Both the position numbers and the translations under genes were made by a program. A stretch of DNA of 61,799 nucleotides, filler included, from Trypethelium eluteriae (taxonomy: Eukaryota): the NCBI GenBank assembly GCA_051942245.1. It is 4 parts of 4 records of this genome, joined end to end, with 100 filler letters (N's around TTAATTAATTAA, not from the genome) between each part and the next. Parts side by side here need not be neighbours in the genome. Positions count along the whole stretch, not along the records: positions 1 to 15,419 come from JAVECL010000651.1; 3 more parts are not named here. One strand, given 5' to 3'. The notes beneath the pieces are model-generated. The model did no database searches. It saw nothing but the letters and a program-made list of their open reading frames with translations, and was not told the origin of the DNA. Position 1 is the stretch's first letter, and the number at the start of each line of letters is the position of its first letter. Positions 1 through 12,093 of the stretch are shown here, piece by piece.

Positions 1-664
1 GGCGGTGCGGGCGGGCTCAGGGCGTTGGGGAGGAAGGTGGAGAAGGAGTGGTGGGTTGCGCGGAGGAGGCTGTGGGCGTCGGTGGAGGAGGTCTCGGCTT
101 CGTCGTCTTCGCTGCGGATGATGCTGAAGGAGGAGCCCCAGTCTGCGCGGAGGTGGTTCTTCACCGCGTAGAGCATGGCGATGAGCGTGCAGACGGCATG
201 GTCTGTCTCGGTTCGCTCGGCGGCGGTAGCTGTTCGATTGGGAGGAGAGGAGCTGAGGAGGAAGGAGCGGGTGAGGTTTCTCACACCCGTGACAATTGAG
301 GTGAGCTGTTGTCGTCCAGTCCAGAATCGGTCATATGATGTTTGGTTTCGAAATACCTAAGAGCTCAGTATGTTGAGGGCGAAATCGAATCAGACTACGC
401 GTTTGAAGGTGTACCTACAAGCATCAGACCGACCACAATGGATAAGCTTGGAATAATGCCATTGGGAAGGGCAAAATCACCGTCCGTGAGATTATTTAGG
501 TAGACAATGAGTGCTGCCCAGGCAGAATGGAGAACCACCGGCAAAAGGATATCGGCATGTATTGCACCCTTGACGAAGCGTAGCACTAAAGGCCATCGTC
601 TGGGCTTATGACGGGACGAGTAGGATAAGGGATAGGTAGATTGTCGCTTAGGAGTGCCAGCCAT
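1..664 (-). CDS. Bestrophin-like / UPF0187 membrane channel protein (3' truncated at window edge)
   Basis: Exon 664-419, intron 418-357 (GTAGGT..TTAG), exon 356-1. The spliced product reads ...IPSLSIVVGLMLVFRNQTSYDRFWTGR..., the typical 'LLVFRNxxSYDRFWEGR' motif after two hydrophobic segments. Confidence 0.85.
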
Positions 665-1040
665 GGTCGTTGAAGAGCAGCGAGGAGGAGTTGAGGCGAG
701 GTCTGTAGAAATACGCCATGACTGGGATTGTTAAATAGGACTTGATGACAGCTGGTGGGAAATTGGGAGGCATGGTTATCACAGGAGAGCATGTTGGTTT
801 CAGGAATGCCACGCCACACCTTGTAGACACGAGGGGCTTTTCGGGCTTTGGGACAGGTGATAGGCTAGAGGCGATTATTAAATTCGGACAGCCATTCTCT
901 ACATGGAATTTGATGCGGCACAAATTCACATTTACCTGCAAATTACTACATGAACAGATATAACCAATATCCCGTTGACTGAGATATGTGAAAACCACCT
1001 AACCATTAACTTACAGACGCTCTTTTCGTGTTGTGTCAAC

Positions 1041-1053
1041 TGACGTCACGCGT
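1041..1053. promoter_or_regulatory. CRE/ATF palindrome TGACGTCA overlapping an ACGCGT box, upstream of the bestrophin-like gene
   Basis: TGACGTCACGCGT lies about 380 bp upstream of the ATG at 664. Motif match only. Confidence 0.3.
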
Positions 1054-1452
1054 ATTGATGAGTAAGCGGTGGTTCAGCGACACCGTTTACCGTTAATAAC
1101 TGCACAGATTTCTGGCAGAGCATTACCGTGTAGAGCCCAAGTCCTAAGAACCTTCTTCTTGTCATCTTCACTAGCACCGCAAATCTTAGTATTTGTTCAT
1201 CCCGTAGGCTATCGAGTAATCCATCATTATTCTGAAAATGAAATCAAGCTTGCACGTCATCATGCTCGCAGACGCCGCCTCAATTTCCTGCCTTCTGAAC
1301 TCATCTACAACACAATCGTGCTGCGCGAACCACATGGTTATATACCTTATGATTCGGCGCTAAGGATTTTGGTCGTCAACCAAAATAGGAGCACTGAACT
1401 CGCTAGCGATTCATGGACAAAAGCAGAAAAGCGGGCCCAAAAGTCCGTCAAA

Positions 1453-2970
1453 TCAGGCCCAGAATTGCCCTGAAAGGATCCAGCTCAGAAATTGCACAAA
1501 TGCAAAGTAAGCACCTGCTTCCGCTATTACGTCCTGGTTGCCGTCAGCTCGAAAACTCAGCCCGATGAGGAGAAATAGGTGTGCTTTACCGTCCATTTAG
1601 AAGCGCTGGTCCACACGATGATTGTCCGATCAAAACTTGCAATCCTAATCAAGATTGTGGTATAACAATGATCAGATGAGCCCTTGCTAACGTCGCAGAT
1701 AAGATCTTCGTTAGGGATCGAGGATATTGTGGCATCTGCAATATTCTAGTTTAGTGCTTCCAAATCAAAAGTCGTGGCTTTCTGAACGGACTTGTTGAGG
1801 TAGCTGATAGGAGAGCACATACCGTATTCGTAATGCGGTATCTTTCCAATGCCTTCCAAATAATTCAGGTTGAGACTGACATCCAAAACACTATTGGCAT
1901 TGACAAGGATCGTGACGCCATAATTGTTCTTGTAGGCATCATAAAGGCTAAATCGGGGGTCGTAGATCAGCATCCAAACCATAGGCTGAGGTGTCAATTG
2001 GTAATTTCTGGTGAAGTATGATGTGTTATCTGTAGCCTATGTCAATCCAGATAACGAAGTTGGAATGTCTTGGCGCAGATACATACAATTCCAGAAGAAC
2101 TGTAGGCCCAACGTTGTATCCGTTGCGTTTGATATCAGATCAGAACTGGGTCTCAAAGAAGTATAATTAAGAGAGAGTCCTGCAATTCCTGGAGGTAGAT
2201 CATTGCGGATCTGAGGGTACCAACTATCACCACAATTACAGCTTCTGTTACCGAGAATCATGTCTTGACTAAGTGAGTCACATTTCGGCTCGCCATCGGT
2301 CAAAGACCAGTATCCCCTGGAGCTGGTAACATCACAATGCTGCGGGATATTAAGAAGGTTTGCATGCTGGGAGGATGCTGTGTCTTGCATGATTGCCACT
2401 GCCGGGAACCCAATTACGCTCTAGTCTAGCTGTTAGCCTTTTATTTCCTTGTAAAGGATAACCTCGGTCTTACGACAGTATCAGTCTGTGTCTGTTCCAC
2501 GATAAAATGAAGGCGGGCTCTCCACCGGCAGACGTAAAGGAGGGTAAATATTATGATACTCAATGAGACAGTAAGGATCGTGTTGGCGAGATTCTCTTTG
2601 TATTTACGTATTCCTTTGAAAGTGAGTCCATGCATTTGCGGTTTGCCTCCAAAGGTAGAGAATCCAATAACGTACCTCGTTTTCGATAATCATTTATAAC
2701 AAGAGCGAACAAGAAGATATTGACCAGAGCGCTGAATCCGGTGAGCGTAGCTTGTATCCAAGTAGTTGGATATAGAATAGCAAAAAGGCCAAAGGCAAGA
2801 AACAGGATGAAACAGAGCAATGCAAACACAGAGGTCAATTTTGACGGCCAAGTCTGCGTTGGTGAGAAACGCCGCACCAACGCTTGGGCACGAGAGTAAC
2901 AGTCATAGCAGAAGCTCAAGACAGCAAGGAGGTACTCAAAAAGGTAGTATACGATATCGTCTTGGATCAT
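1453..2970 (-). CDS. Uncharacterised 400-aa membrane protein with DEG/ENaC/PAC-like TM-ectodomain-TM architecture
   Basis: Six exons (2970-2676, 2613-2474, 2420-2087, 2029-1823, 1735-1590, 1533-1453) with GT..AG introns of 53-87 nt join to 1203 nt in frame. Contains FPAVAI after a TM helix, six ectodomain Cys and a C-terminal TM helix. The start codon is uncertain. Confidence 0.75.
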
Positions 2971-5264
2971 CTCCTTCGAGAGTTTCCCAGGCCCAAATGA
3001 AGCCACAGTTTTTGTCGAGAAGGTCTGAGGGAATGGAACCAGCAGCGTTTAGTTTCTTTTCAAACATTGTGAACAGGAAACGAGAAAAGAAGATGATCAT
3101 CATCATAGAGCAGTCAAATGTCCAGCGACTAGTTCCATCAACAGAAACGAGGCAACTGTCATGTCGTGGTCGTTAGTGGCGCGCGATTCAACGATTGCTT
3201 TTTGCTTTCGACCATCCATAGAGTCAGGATCGATGGTGGTCGGTGTAGCTCTGCAGGAAGAGATTTTTTTCCCCTGCATCAGATCAAGAATTTTGATAAT
3301 TGAGCGGCTGGATCGTCGGACGCGAAGCAGCATTAGGAAGAGATATCCTGAGACAATAACTGCATGCTGTTGCTGTGATTGCCTTGCTGGGGTAAAGATG
3401 CAGCTACTCCAACTTTAAAATAGCTGACACGCCAAGTCTACCTAACTGGGTTACAGAGCCTCATTTCAATGAAGTGTTGGTGCTGTGAACAGCAAGGAGA
3501 CCTGGGAGGCGCTAGAGTCCGTACCGGATCAAGGAGACATACAGAAGGTCCTCGCTAGAGAATTGCCGTTTGGGAACACAACGCCTTCAAGCATTGGACA
3601 TTGGCGGTCAATTCGTCATGCTATCTAGCACTGTGAATGGTAGAAAGTACCCTTTTCAAATGCCTGAGGTGATTGAGTGGAAGCTGTTCGTCATGGACAA
3701 GGTCGAAAATTTGCTCGGTGCAAGCTGACTGCTGAAGCTATGACTTACTGCGGTTCCCTGAAAATCTAGTGGGACATGCCGTAGGGCTTGTGCGTATTGC
3801 ATATCGTAGATACTCTACGGGATATATGTACCGAGCAGGGGCTTGCTGAAATATCGAAATCTCGACGGGCCTCAGGGCATTATGAACGACCAGGCCTTTG
3901 ATCGTTTCAGCCACAACAAAGAACTATGAGATTAGCTTTCCAGGGTCTCAGTGATCTCAAGTCACAAGAAGCTGCGTATCACGGCAGATACTGTGTCCGA
4001 TGTCTGCAGTTTGCTCGAGTGGAAACCTTCTAGGTGGAACCAGAAGATTTTGTTAGCCGGCTTTAGTAAATCCCGTTCGAGAAAATCTCGCAAGAATTAG
4101 AAGTTTCTTTCGGTGCTATCTTGGGTAAGGTCAATACAACTTCCGAGCTCTGCCTTAAAGACTTGTCGAAGTATCGCAGTAGAATGGTGTTGTGCCGGAT
4201 GAATCCAGAAGCTCGTATTACTCGGCACCAAGTGATGCACGGACCACCTCTCAGCCTTCTCCTAGCCTCGCTTGGACATCACAGTCACAGTGGAAAGGCG
4301 ATTTGACCGGTGGATGTCATTCCAATCGGCCAATGATAGTGCCTTATATCGTTCGAGGAATCTTACTGGATTGACTGTCGTTGAAGGGGCACTCATTACA
4401 GGGTGACAGGTGTCCTCGAAAATCCAGTCCGAAACCCTCAGCCTATGCAGTCGTCGGCCAGCTCCGATCCAATCAGTCATGCAGTTGCAACCGTGCCGAG
4501 TTGAAGCTCAAATCCACAGCTCTAAGTTATGGACTAAATGTCTACACACGCTGTGATGGATCTTGAAACAAATGACATCAACAAGTTCTCTCTCGGGTAG
4601 CTTCCATCTGCTGCCGAAGTGCTCTCCAGTTCCGCACCTTTTCAGACGTCTACGCTATGTTCTGAGGCGAACATCTTCGTCAGTTACAACTAGCCACGCA
4701 ACCAATGCAGTTAAGATCAAATGAGACCGGCATGCTCACGCATGAGCCGGCACATTGTGCCTCAATGGTAGAGATTGACGAGAATGGATTGATTAGGTGG
4801 TGTACTATGAGGCGAAAGCGCTGCGGTGAATGGCAAATAGGGGATCGTCCGCATGAACTATCTAATCCTGTAGAATTTTCTACTCAGATTATCTATCTCA
4901 AGCGCACACAGCGCGAGGGAGTCTGCCATGGAACATAACGCTCGATGCTGAGTAAGTCTCGACTTTTTCTGACAATTCTCTTGCAGATGCATCGTCTACA
5001 AAGATTCACCGCAGCCTGGTGGGGTTCTGGTGCATATACGCCTCTTGGCAATGGCAACCCTTGTATGCCAAGGCGAATGGCTTGAGAATCCCCCAATGAA
5101 GCAATGTTCGGTTGAGAGCCTCAAGACTGCAAATGTGCTGGAATGCGAACCCGAAATGAATGGGGACGTATTTAACAACTCTTGAATGTAAGGAATGCTC
5201 CTTTGCAGAATGAAATATCACAAGCTTTGACAGTTTCCTCCTACCTCTATCTAAAGCATCTACG

Positions 5265-6063
5265 ATGATTCCAATTCTCCTTAAAATCCTGATCAGCCTC
5301 GGCTTCCTTAGTTATGTTGCAAGCGCAAACGTCGTTCCGTTCGAGCGTCTCGATATCAACAACTCTGTGCTTCTGATCCTTGATCTGCAAGTTGGACTGT
5401 ATCATCTCGCCCGCGACTTCGATGCCACCCTTTACCACAACAACCTTCTTGCTCACGCCTCGCTTGGCCAACTTTTCAATATACCGGTCGTCATGACTAC
5501 GTCTGCTGAGACAGGTCCTAACGGTCCCCTTCCGAAGGAGATCGTAGAGATGTATCCCAATGCTTCTTTCGTCAAGCGCCAGGGCGAAGTTGATGCTTGG
5601 GACAATCCTGAATTCCGCGCTGCTATCGAAGCAACTGGGAGAAAGCAGATCATTGTGGGCGGCATCACGACCGATGTTTGTATGTTGCATCCTCTCCCAA
5701 GTCTCTTTGATTCGTTCATCACTTCGCGGCTTAGTCTGACTATCTAAAGGCACTACCTTTCTCGCTCTCAGCCTACGCTCTGAGGGCTACAGCGTCTTCG
5801 CCAACGTCGAAGCCTCAGGGACTACTACAGAACTGATTCGCGATGTGTCCAACTCGCGCATGCAAGCTGCGGGGGTCCAGCTCATGAGTACTTTTGCTAT
5901 CGTCTGCGATCTCATGCGAGATTGGCGCAATGTGCCGGGGGCTGCGGAAGTCATTCCATGGTTGGACAGGTACTTCCCTATTTATGGCGATTTAGCTAGA
6001 GCACATGGGGCAGCGGTCTTGAACGGGACGTTAGTGCTAGGGGAAGCTGCGTTAATAGGATAG
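5265..6063 (+). CDS. Isochorismatase-family (YcaC-like) cysteine hydrolase with predicted signal peptide
   Basis: Intron 5680-5749. Motifs LLILDLQVGL, TTSAETGPNGPL, RQGEVDAWDN, GITTDVC (catalytic Cys) and VEASGT. Hydrophobic N-terminus. Confidence 0.9.
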
Positions 6064-6874
6064 GTAGAGGTCAGGCTTAAATCCAGCGAGGAACACGTCG
6101 CGCAGCTGCTGATTGGTGAGATGTCTTTGGGTCAACGAGTGGCTTAGCAGTCTCCTGACATTCACCTTCGATGGAGAATCCGCATCTCATTGGTGAATCT
6201 AACTGCATTCGTATAAAGACATTTAGCTTTAGCAATGCTTTCTCCTGCTCAAGTAGCATGTGTTATTGAAGTAAACTGTTCATCAGTATCTAATCTGCAT
6301 CATAGTAGAAGGAAAACCTCTCAATTTCGTGAGTATGCCCGCGCCTTTCTTGCTTTATCATACTTCAGGATTGTAAAGATGACTCGGAATCTAAAATGTT
6401 TGTTTAAGCACTTTCTTCGCAATTCGTCAAAAATAAATAAAAGAATTATCACAACATGACTCTGCTCGATCTCCGCTCAACAGCGTTCCAGTACAAGAGC
6501 TTTACTACGGTGTGCGTAGTATCTTTTGTGGACATGGCGAAAGGATTCAGACGGGATAGGGTATCAAGGTCGTGTATGAGTTGAAGGAGCATTTGGTGGA
6601 TGTTGTCCTTGACAACTCGAACATGGATGACGGCGACACACTCTCGTCTGTTCAGGCTTTGGATCTGTGGTCGTTAAGGCCGGATGATGAGGATCATGAA
6701 CTGAACGAAAACAGAGCTGCTGCGTGGACAGAGTAAGTGAGTGCATATGCGATTGTATCAACTGCTATCAACATGCAAAGCTTCTGGCTTTTCATCTAAG
6801 AATAGTAATGGTGAGCATCCATCTCAATCCTACGGTAATGATGCTAAGGTAGGATAGGAACAACGTCCTTCGTA

Positions 6875-6890
6875 TGACGTCACTACGCGT
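6875..6890. promoter_or_regulatory. CRE/ATF palindrome TGACGTCA followed by ACGCGT, upstream of the carboxypeptidase gene
   Basis: TGACGTCACTACGCGT lies about 400 bp upstream of the ATG at 7277. Motif match only. Confidence 0.3.
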
Positions 6891-7276
6891 CGCGCAAAAT
6901 GTCGCGATTTTGCTCTTTGCAACCCCACGTACCAGGGTTTCCATCGAACTCTCCGACTAGGTAGCTTTTCTCCCGTTAGCCAGCCTTGGCTCTTGATGAA
7001 TTAGCGATAAGCAGCGGGGTACTTCACTCTTGGCTGCATCATTCTCCGCCTTCGCCAAAGGCCCAAGTCGAAAGAATCTCTGCAGCACCCTGGTTCAAGT
7101 CAAAGGCTCCTGCACAGCTGCGGAAGCCACTACGCTCTCAAAGGAAGCTTGCTGCAATGTAGGAAAAGCTACCTCTGGCGGGGCAGCTATATGTAAGTCT
7201 CCTGGGACCCGAAGCAGGAGCTTCAAGCAAGTGTCGAAGGGCTGGTTGGTAAGCTCCAGTCAAGATACACTCAGGT

Positions 7277-9614
7277 ATGACAAGCTCCGCTCTGCGCAGC
7301 TTGACCGCTGCGATCTTCCTTATTACGCTCCATCTTGCTTCTGCTCAATTTCCTCCAAATCTTGAGAATGTAACGATACTAAACTCTAGATTCAATGATG
7401 GGGTGCATATCTCGTACAAGGAGGTCTGCTTTTTCTCGAACTTTGCTTCACGAGACTGCTACTGACACATCGGACTCAGCCTGGAATATGCGAGACTACT
7501 CCAGGTGTTAAGTCATACAGCGGCACTGTCCACTTGCCAGCCGGAACACTCGGCGACTTGAACGAGGAGCAACCGTACCCTATCAACACTGCATTCTGGT
7601 TCTTCGAGTCTCGCAAGGACCCGCAGAATGCACCTCTTAGCATCTGGATGAATGGAGGCCCCGGTAGCTCTTCAATGCTAGGTCTACTAGTCGAGAATGG
7701 ACCGTGTAGAGTCAATGTGGATTCTAACTCCACTTATTTGAACGAATGGTCTTGGAATAACGAGGGTGAGCCAACACATATGGAAAACGTTTGATCTGCG
7801 CTTACTGTCGCATACAGTCAACATGCTTTATCTCGATCAGCCTACGCAGGTCGGCTTTTCTTATGACACTTTAGTCAATGTAACACTCAATACACTAAGT
7901 GGGGATATCACAGTATTGAACACAAGCGATCCTATTCCGGAACAGAACAATACGCTCTACGTTGGTACATTCCCTAGCCAAATGGTCAATAATACTGCTC
8001 GCGGGACCGCGAATGGCGCTAGAGCGCTCTGGCACTTTGCCCAAATCTGGTTTCAAGAATTCCCGGCCTATCATCCTAACGATAGCCGTATTTCGATTGC
8101 TACAGAATCGTATGGTGGCCGCTATGGGCCAGAATATACCGCGTTCTTTGAGCAGCAAAATCAGAAGATCCGAAACGCCACCTTCACGGAGGATGGCGAA
8201 ATGTATATCATTCACTTAGACACCCTTCTAATCATCAATGGATGCATCGATCGGCAAGTTCAGTGGCCATCGTACCCACACATTGCATACAACAACACCT
8301 ACGGTATCCAAGCTGTTAATGAGACCCTGTATAATAGCATGGTCGATGCTTATGTCCGACCTGGTGGATGCCGAGAGCAGGTAGACACCTGCAGAAATCA
8401 GTCTGTACAATACGATCCGTCGAACCAAGGTATCAACGCATCCGTGAATAGCGTCTGTCAGCAAGCCGAGACATTTTGTACGAACAATGTTCGAGATGTC
8501 TACACGAACCTATCTGGCCGTAACTACTACGACTTTGCGACTCTTGATCCAGACCCATTCCCACTACCCTTTTACGAAGGCTATCTCAACCAGCCGCATG
8601 TGCAAGCCGCTCTCGGATTCCCTCTTAATTGGACGCAGAGCTCTGGTCCTGTTGCGGATGCGTTCCGAGCAATTGGCGATTACCCGCGGCCGGGCTGGCT
8701 TGAGGATTTATCATACCTGCTCGAGAACAATATCAAGGTCACACTCATGTACGGCGATCGCGACTTCGCGTGTAACTGGCTGGGGGGTGAGGCTGTCTCT
8801 CTAGCTGTCGATTATGCAAACTCCTCCGAATTCCGCGCAGCTGGATACCAAGGCATCAAGACAAACGATTCGTACACCGGAGGTCAAGTCAGACAATACG
8901 GTAATCTTAGCTTTAGTCGAGTGTACGAAGCGGGCCATGAGGTGCCTGCTTACCAGCCTGAAACTGCATACCGAGTCTTCACCCGAGCGCTCTTTAACCG
9001 AGATATCTCCACCGGCGAGATCGACACCGTTGCTAACGCGACGTACGGCACGGTCGGACCTTCGGATACATTCTTCATTAAGAACGAGGATCCACCAGAT
9101 CCACCGGCACTTTGCTACGTTCTAGATCCTACTTCGACATGTACAGATGAGCAGATTGATAGTATACTCAACGGCACGGCGTTGATTCATGATTGGATCC
9201 TGATTGATGGTAACACTTCAAGCTTGTTCCCAGGTTATGGCAATGGGACAGGAGGCTACGGTATTCCACCCTCTCCTCAACTTTTCACTAGAACAAGCAT
9301 GGTAGCTGATCCGTAACGTCATTTTAGGTGGCAGTAGCTCAGGCGGCAACAGTTCGAGCGGTACTACCACTGGCGGTAATAACACTTCCAGCAACAGTAC
9401 CAGTAGTGGTGTTCCCAGTAGCAGTACCTCTAGTGGTAGTGGCTCTGGAAGCGGCACCTCCAGCAGCAGCGCTTCAGGCTCCAGTAGTGCTCCTTCGCCC
9501 AGCAGCACTTCCGTAACACCTTCTACTGGTGGAGCTCCGTCAGCGTTCAGCAAAGTGAGCATTCTCTCAAGCGCGATCCTGGCTGCTTTCATCGTTGTTG
9601 TCTTCGTCATATAG
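7277..9614 (+). CDS. Serine carboxypeptidase (peptidase S10), secreted, with Ser/Gly-rich stalk and likely GPI signal
   Basis: Exons 7277-7423, 7480-7765, 7818-9260, 9328-9614. Motifs [15 protein letters not shown] (Ser), GDRDFACN (Asp) and [10 protein letters not shown] (His). The last exon encodes a GSS-rich tail ending [18 protein letters not shown]. Confidence 0.92.
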
Positions 9615-10216
9615 AGGGAAAAAAAGAATCAAGTTCGCCTGGCCCAGAAGATGAAGTCATTCACTTTGCAACGCCGCCATCTATCTCCCTTAAATTCTTA
9701 TGGGAAGAACATTTGCCGTGGCTTCAATTTCTCAAAGCAGGGGCCGCAAATAGGAAGAATATAAGGTATTGTCGAAGGTGGAAACGATCGCCTTTATTTG
9801 TTACCTAGGTAGGTTACATTTAGACTAGGCTATAAAGGGTAATTCAAGCTGTTGACTGAGTTGCATTGAACGTTGCTGTGCTATGACGGCGCATTGCGGC
9901 TACCTACTCTCCCAACCTGCAATAGCGATCTACCACTCTTAAACCCCTTTCATAAGTATCTTTATCCCCACTCTCTTATGTGCCCTTGCCCCACGAGTTC
10001 AGCAATTTGTATATTACCATTAACGGGAGCTATTCAGACAAGTGGCTTGATTACCGCGTTTTGGGGAAGCGGATAATTCACAGGACCTCATATATCAACA
10101 AAGTGCTTCGCGTTTTTTGATCGCTACTTTTTAGGCTCATCCCCTCATTCCAGCAAGTGAGTCCTGAATCCAATCTACAAAACTCAAGTGGTAGCCAGCC
10201 ACGCGATTCCACCCGC

Positions 10217-11112
10217 TCAGACCTTCCTCTCCATATAAGGCTGGCACGCCTCATAAACCTCCTCAAAACCAGGGTACTTGATAATTCTCTGAAACACCCC
10301 CTCATCCACCACCCTCGCAGCCTGGATCGATCCCGCAATGAAGAAATCCGTCCCGCTCGGCCGGGCACCCAGCACAAATGGCCCTTCCGCCCTACGCGAC
10401 CGCATCAGCTCGCCAACAGCGCGGATGTCGCCATCCACCGCGTCCCAGACACTGTCCTCCTTGCCCAGGCCGAGCAAGTCCTCAAGCCGGTGCCCGAGCG
10501 CGGCCTCGCGGGTACGGCGGAAATAATCCTGCGCGCGCGGCGACAGGATGCCTATCTCGCGCGGCATCACTGACGTGCGGAACGCGGTGCCGACGACAGC
10601 GCGTGCTTTCGCTTCGATCTCGTTGCCTAGCTCCGACGTCAGCGGGACGGCTGGGTCGGGGTACGTCGACTCGAGGAAGGGCGCGATGGCGGCGGAGTCC
10701 ATGATGTAGGTGTTGGTGGGCGTGTGCTGGATGGCGGGGACTGTGTATTTGGATCCTGAAGCGGATTGGCTAGGGGCCAGGCCGCTGGGGAGATTTTTCA
10801 GGTCAGGAGACTTCTTGTGCGCGATATGAGGCTCGTGAAGTCGAGAGTTGGGATATGAAAAGGGTAGAAAGGGTAAAAAGAGTGACAAGAGGAAATGAGA
10901 CTGAAAGTGAAGAATGAAAGCTAGAAGGTGAATATTACTCACAGCCCTTTCAGCGTGGGCTCAATATCCGGAAACTCGAGGAAGACGGTCACATAAGAGA
11001 TACACTTATAATTAAGCATGAGGCGGATCCGCCAGACAGCGGGAGAGAAGCAGACGTTTTTGGTGCAGGCCAAGTCATATAAAACAATCTGGGGCTCAGT
11101 TTGGGCGGCCAT
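10217..11112 (-). CDS. Glutathione S-transferase family protein (fungal GSTFuA/LigE-like type)
   Basis: Exon 11112-10943 (IVLYDLACTKNVCFSPAVWRIRLMLNYK...EFPDIEPTLK), intron 10942-10785, exon 10784-10217 (YTVPAI..MDSAAIAPFLESTYP..GPFVLGARPSGTDF). Confidence 0.85.
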
Positions 11113-12093
11113 TTTATACTACGCTCTTATGAAGACCTTATTGAAAGGGGCAGAGTGCAGTTGTAAAATTTATGATCGGTCAATGTAGACCCCAGATATT
11201 TTTGAGTATATCGAGAGATGGAGCTGCAATTGAGACCGTTTTTAGAATCGGGATAGGTAATGGGAAAAGGAAAAGACCAAGAGGTAGCGTTAGGTAACAT
11301 TTGAGCTGCAGTATAACGTAAGCGCGACGAATCCTTACACTCGCAAGAGTATTTGAGCACTGGCCGGCGGAGGGAGGTAGGTTGGCAAGAGAATATGATA
11401 TAGGTACGTGTCAGATCTTTTGAGAATTTTCCGAGAGTACAGGCGGTCTCGACCAGCCGTGGCAATTTGCGCACAGATGGCAATCTACAGGAGAAGAGCG
11501 AGGGTCACCGTCATCGCGTCTATGTTTATAGCATGGAGCCAGATTTCGGGCATCAAGAGAATCTTGACGGTAGAAATCGAAATTACCTACAACTGTGTTG
11601 AATATTTGCTCTGGACGGGCTTATCTAAATTGATCTGCTGCATTGGATAAAGAATCCACACTTCCAAGTGACTCGATTCGCAACAACACATTTCCAGCTT
11701 CTTCGTCGAATCACTTGCACCTCAAAGGCTTCGTAGGGCAAAGCTGCAGAGGTTGCATCTCCTTGAAAAACTCCTCATTCACAGTCTCGTGACGCCTTTA
11801 ACCGAGAAAACATACTTTGTTTCTGATCAGCAGAGCAGAAACATAGAGTACCAGTGGGGAATCGAGTCTTCAATGGATAATTGCCACCGTAGCTGAATGC
11901 TGCCTCAAAGCCATGCGCCAGTATCGTATGCAAAACATTCGCCGAAGACGAAACCGTGAGCTGTGATCCATCCTTCCCAATACCAAGATGAAGCCAACAG
12001 TGATTCCATCTTCCGTCTTGGGTTCTTGATGCATTGTATCTTTGACGACATTTCCGATCCATTTGCGCAGATTGAAGCAGGGCATCTGATCTG

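Noticed and set aside
3000..5200. Short ORFs between the channel-like gene and the isochorismatase
   Set aside because: I found no recognisable motifs, consistent splice model or transposon signatures. A decayed gene cannot be excluded.
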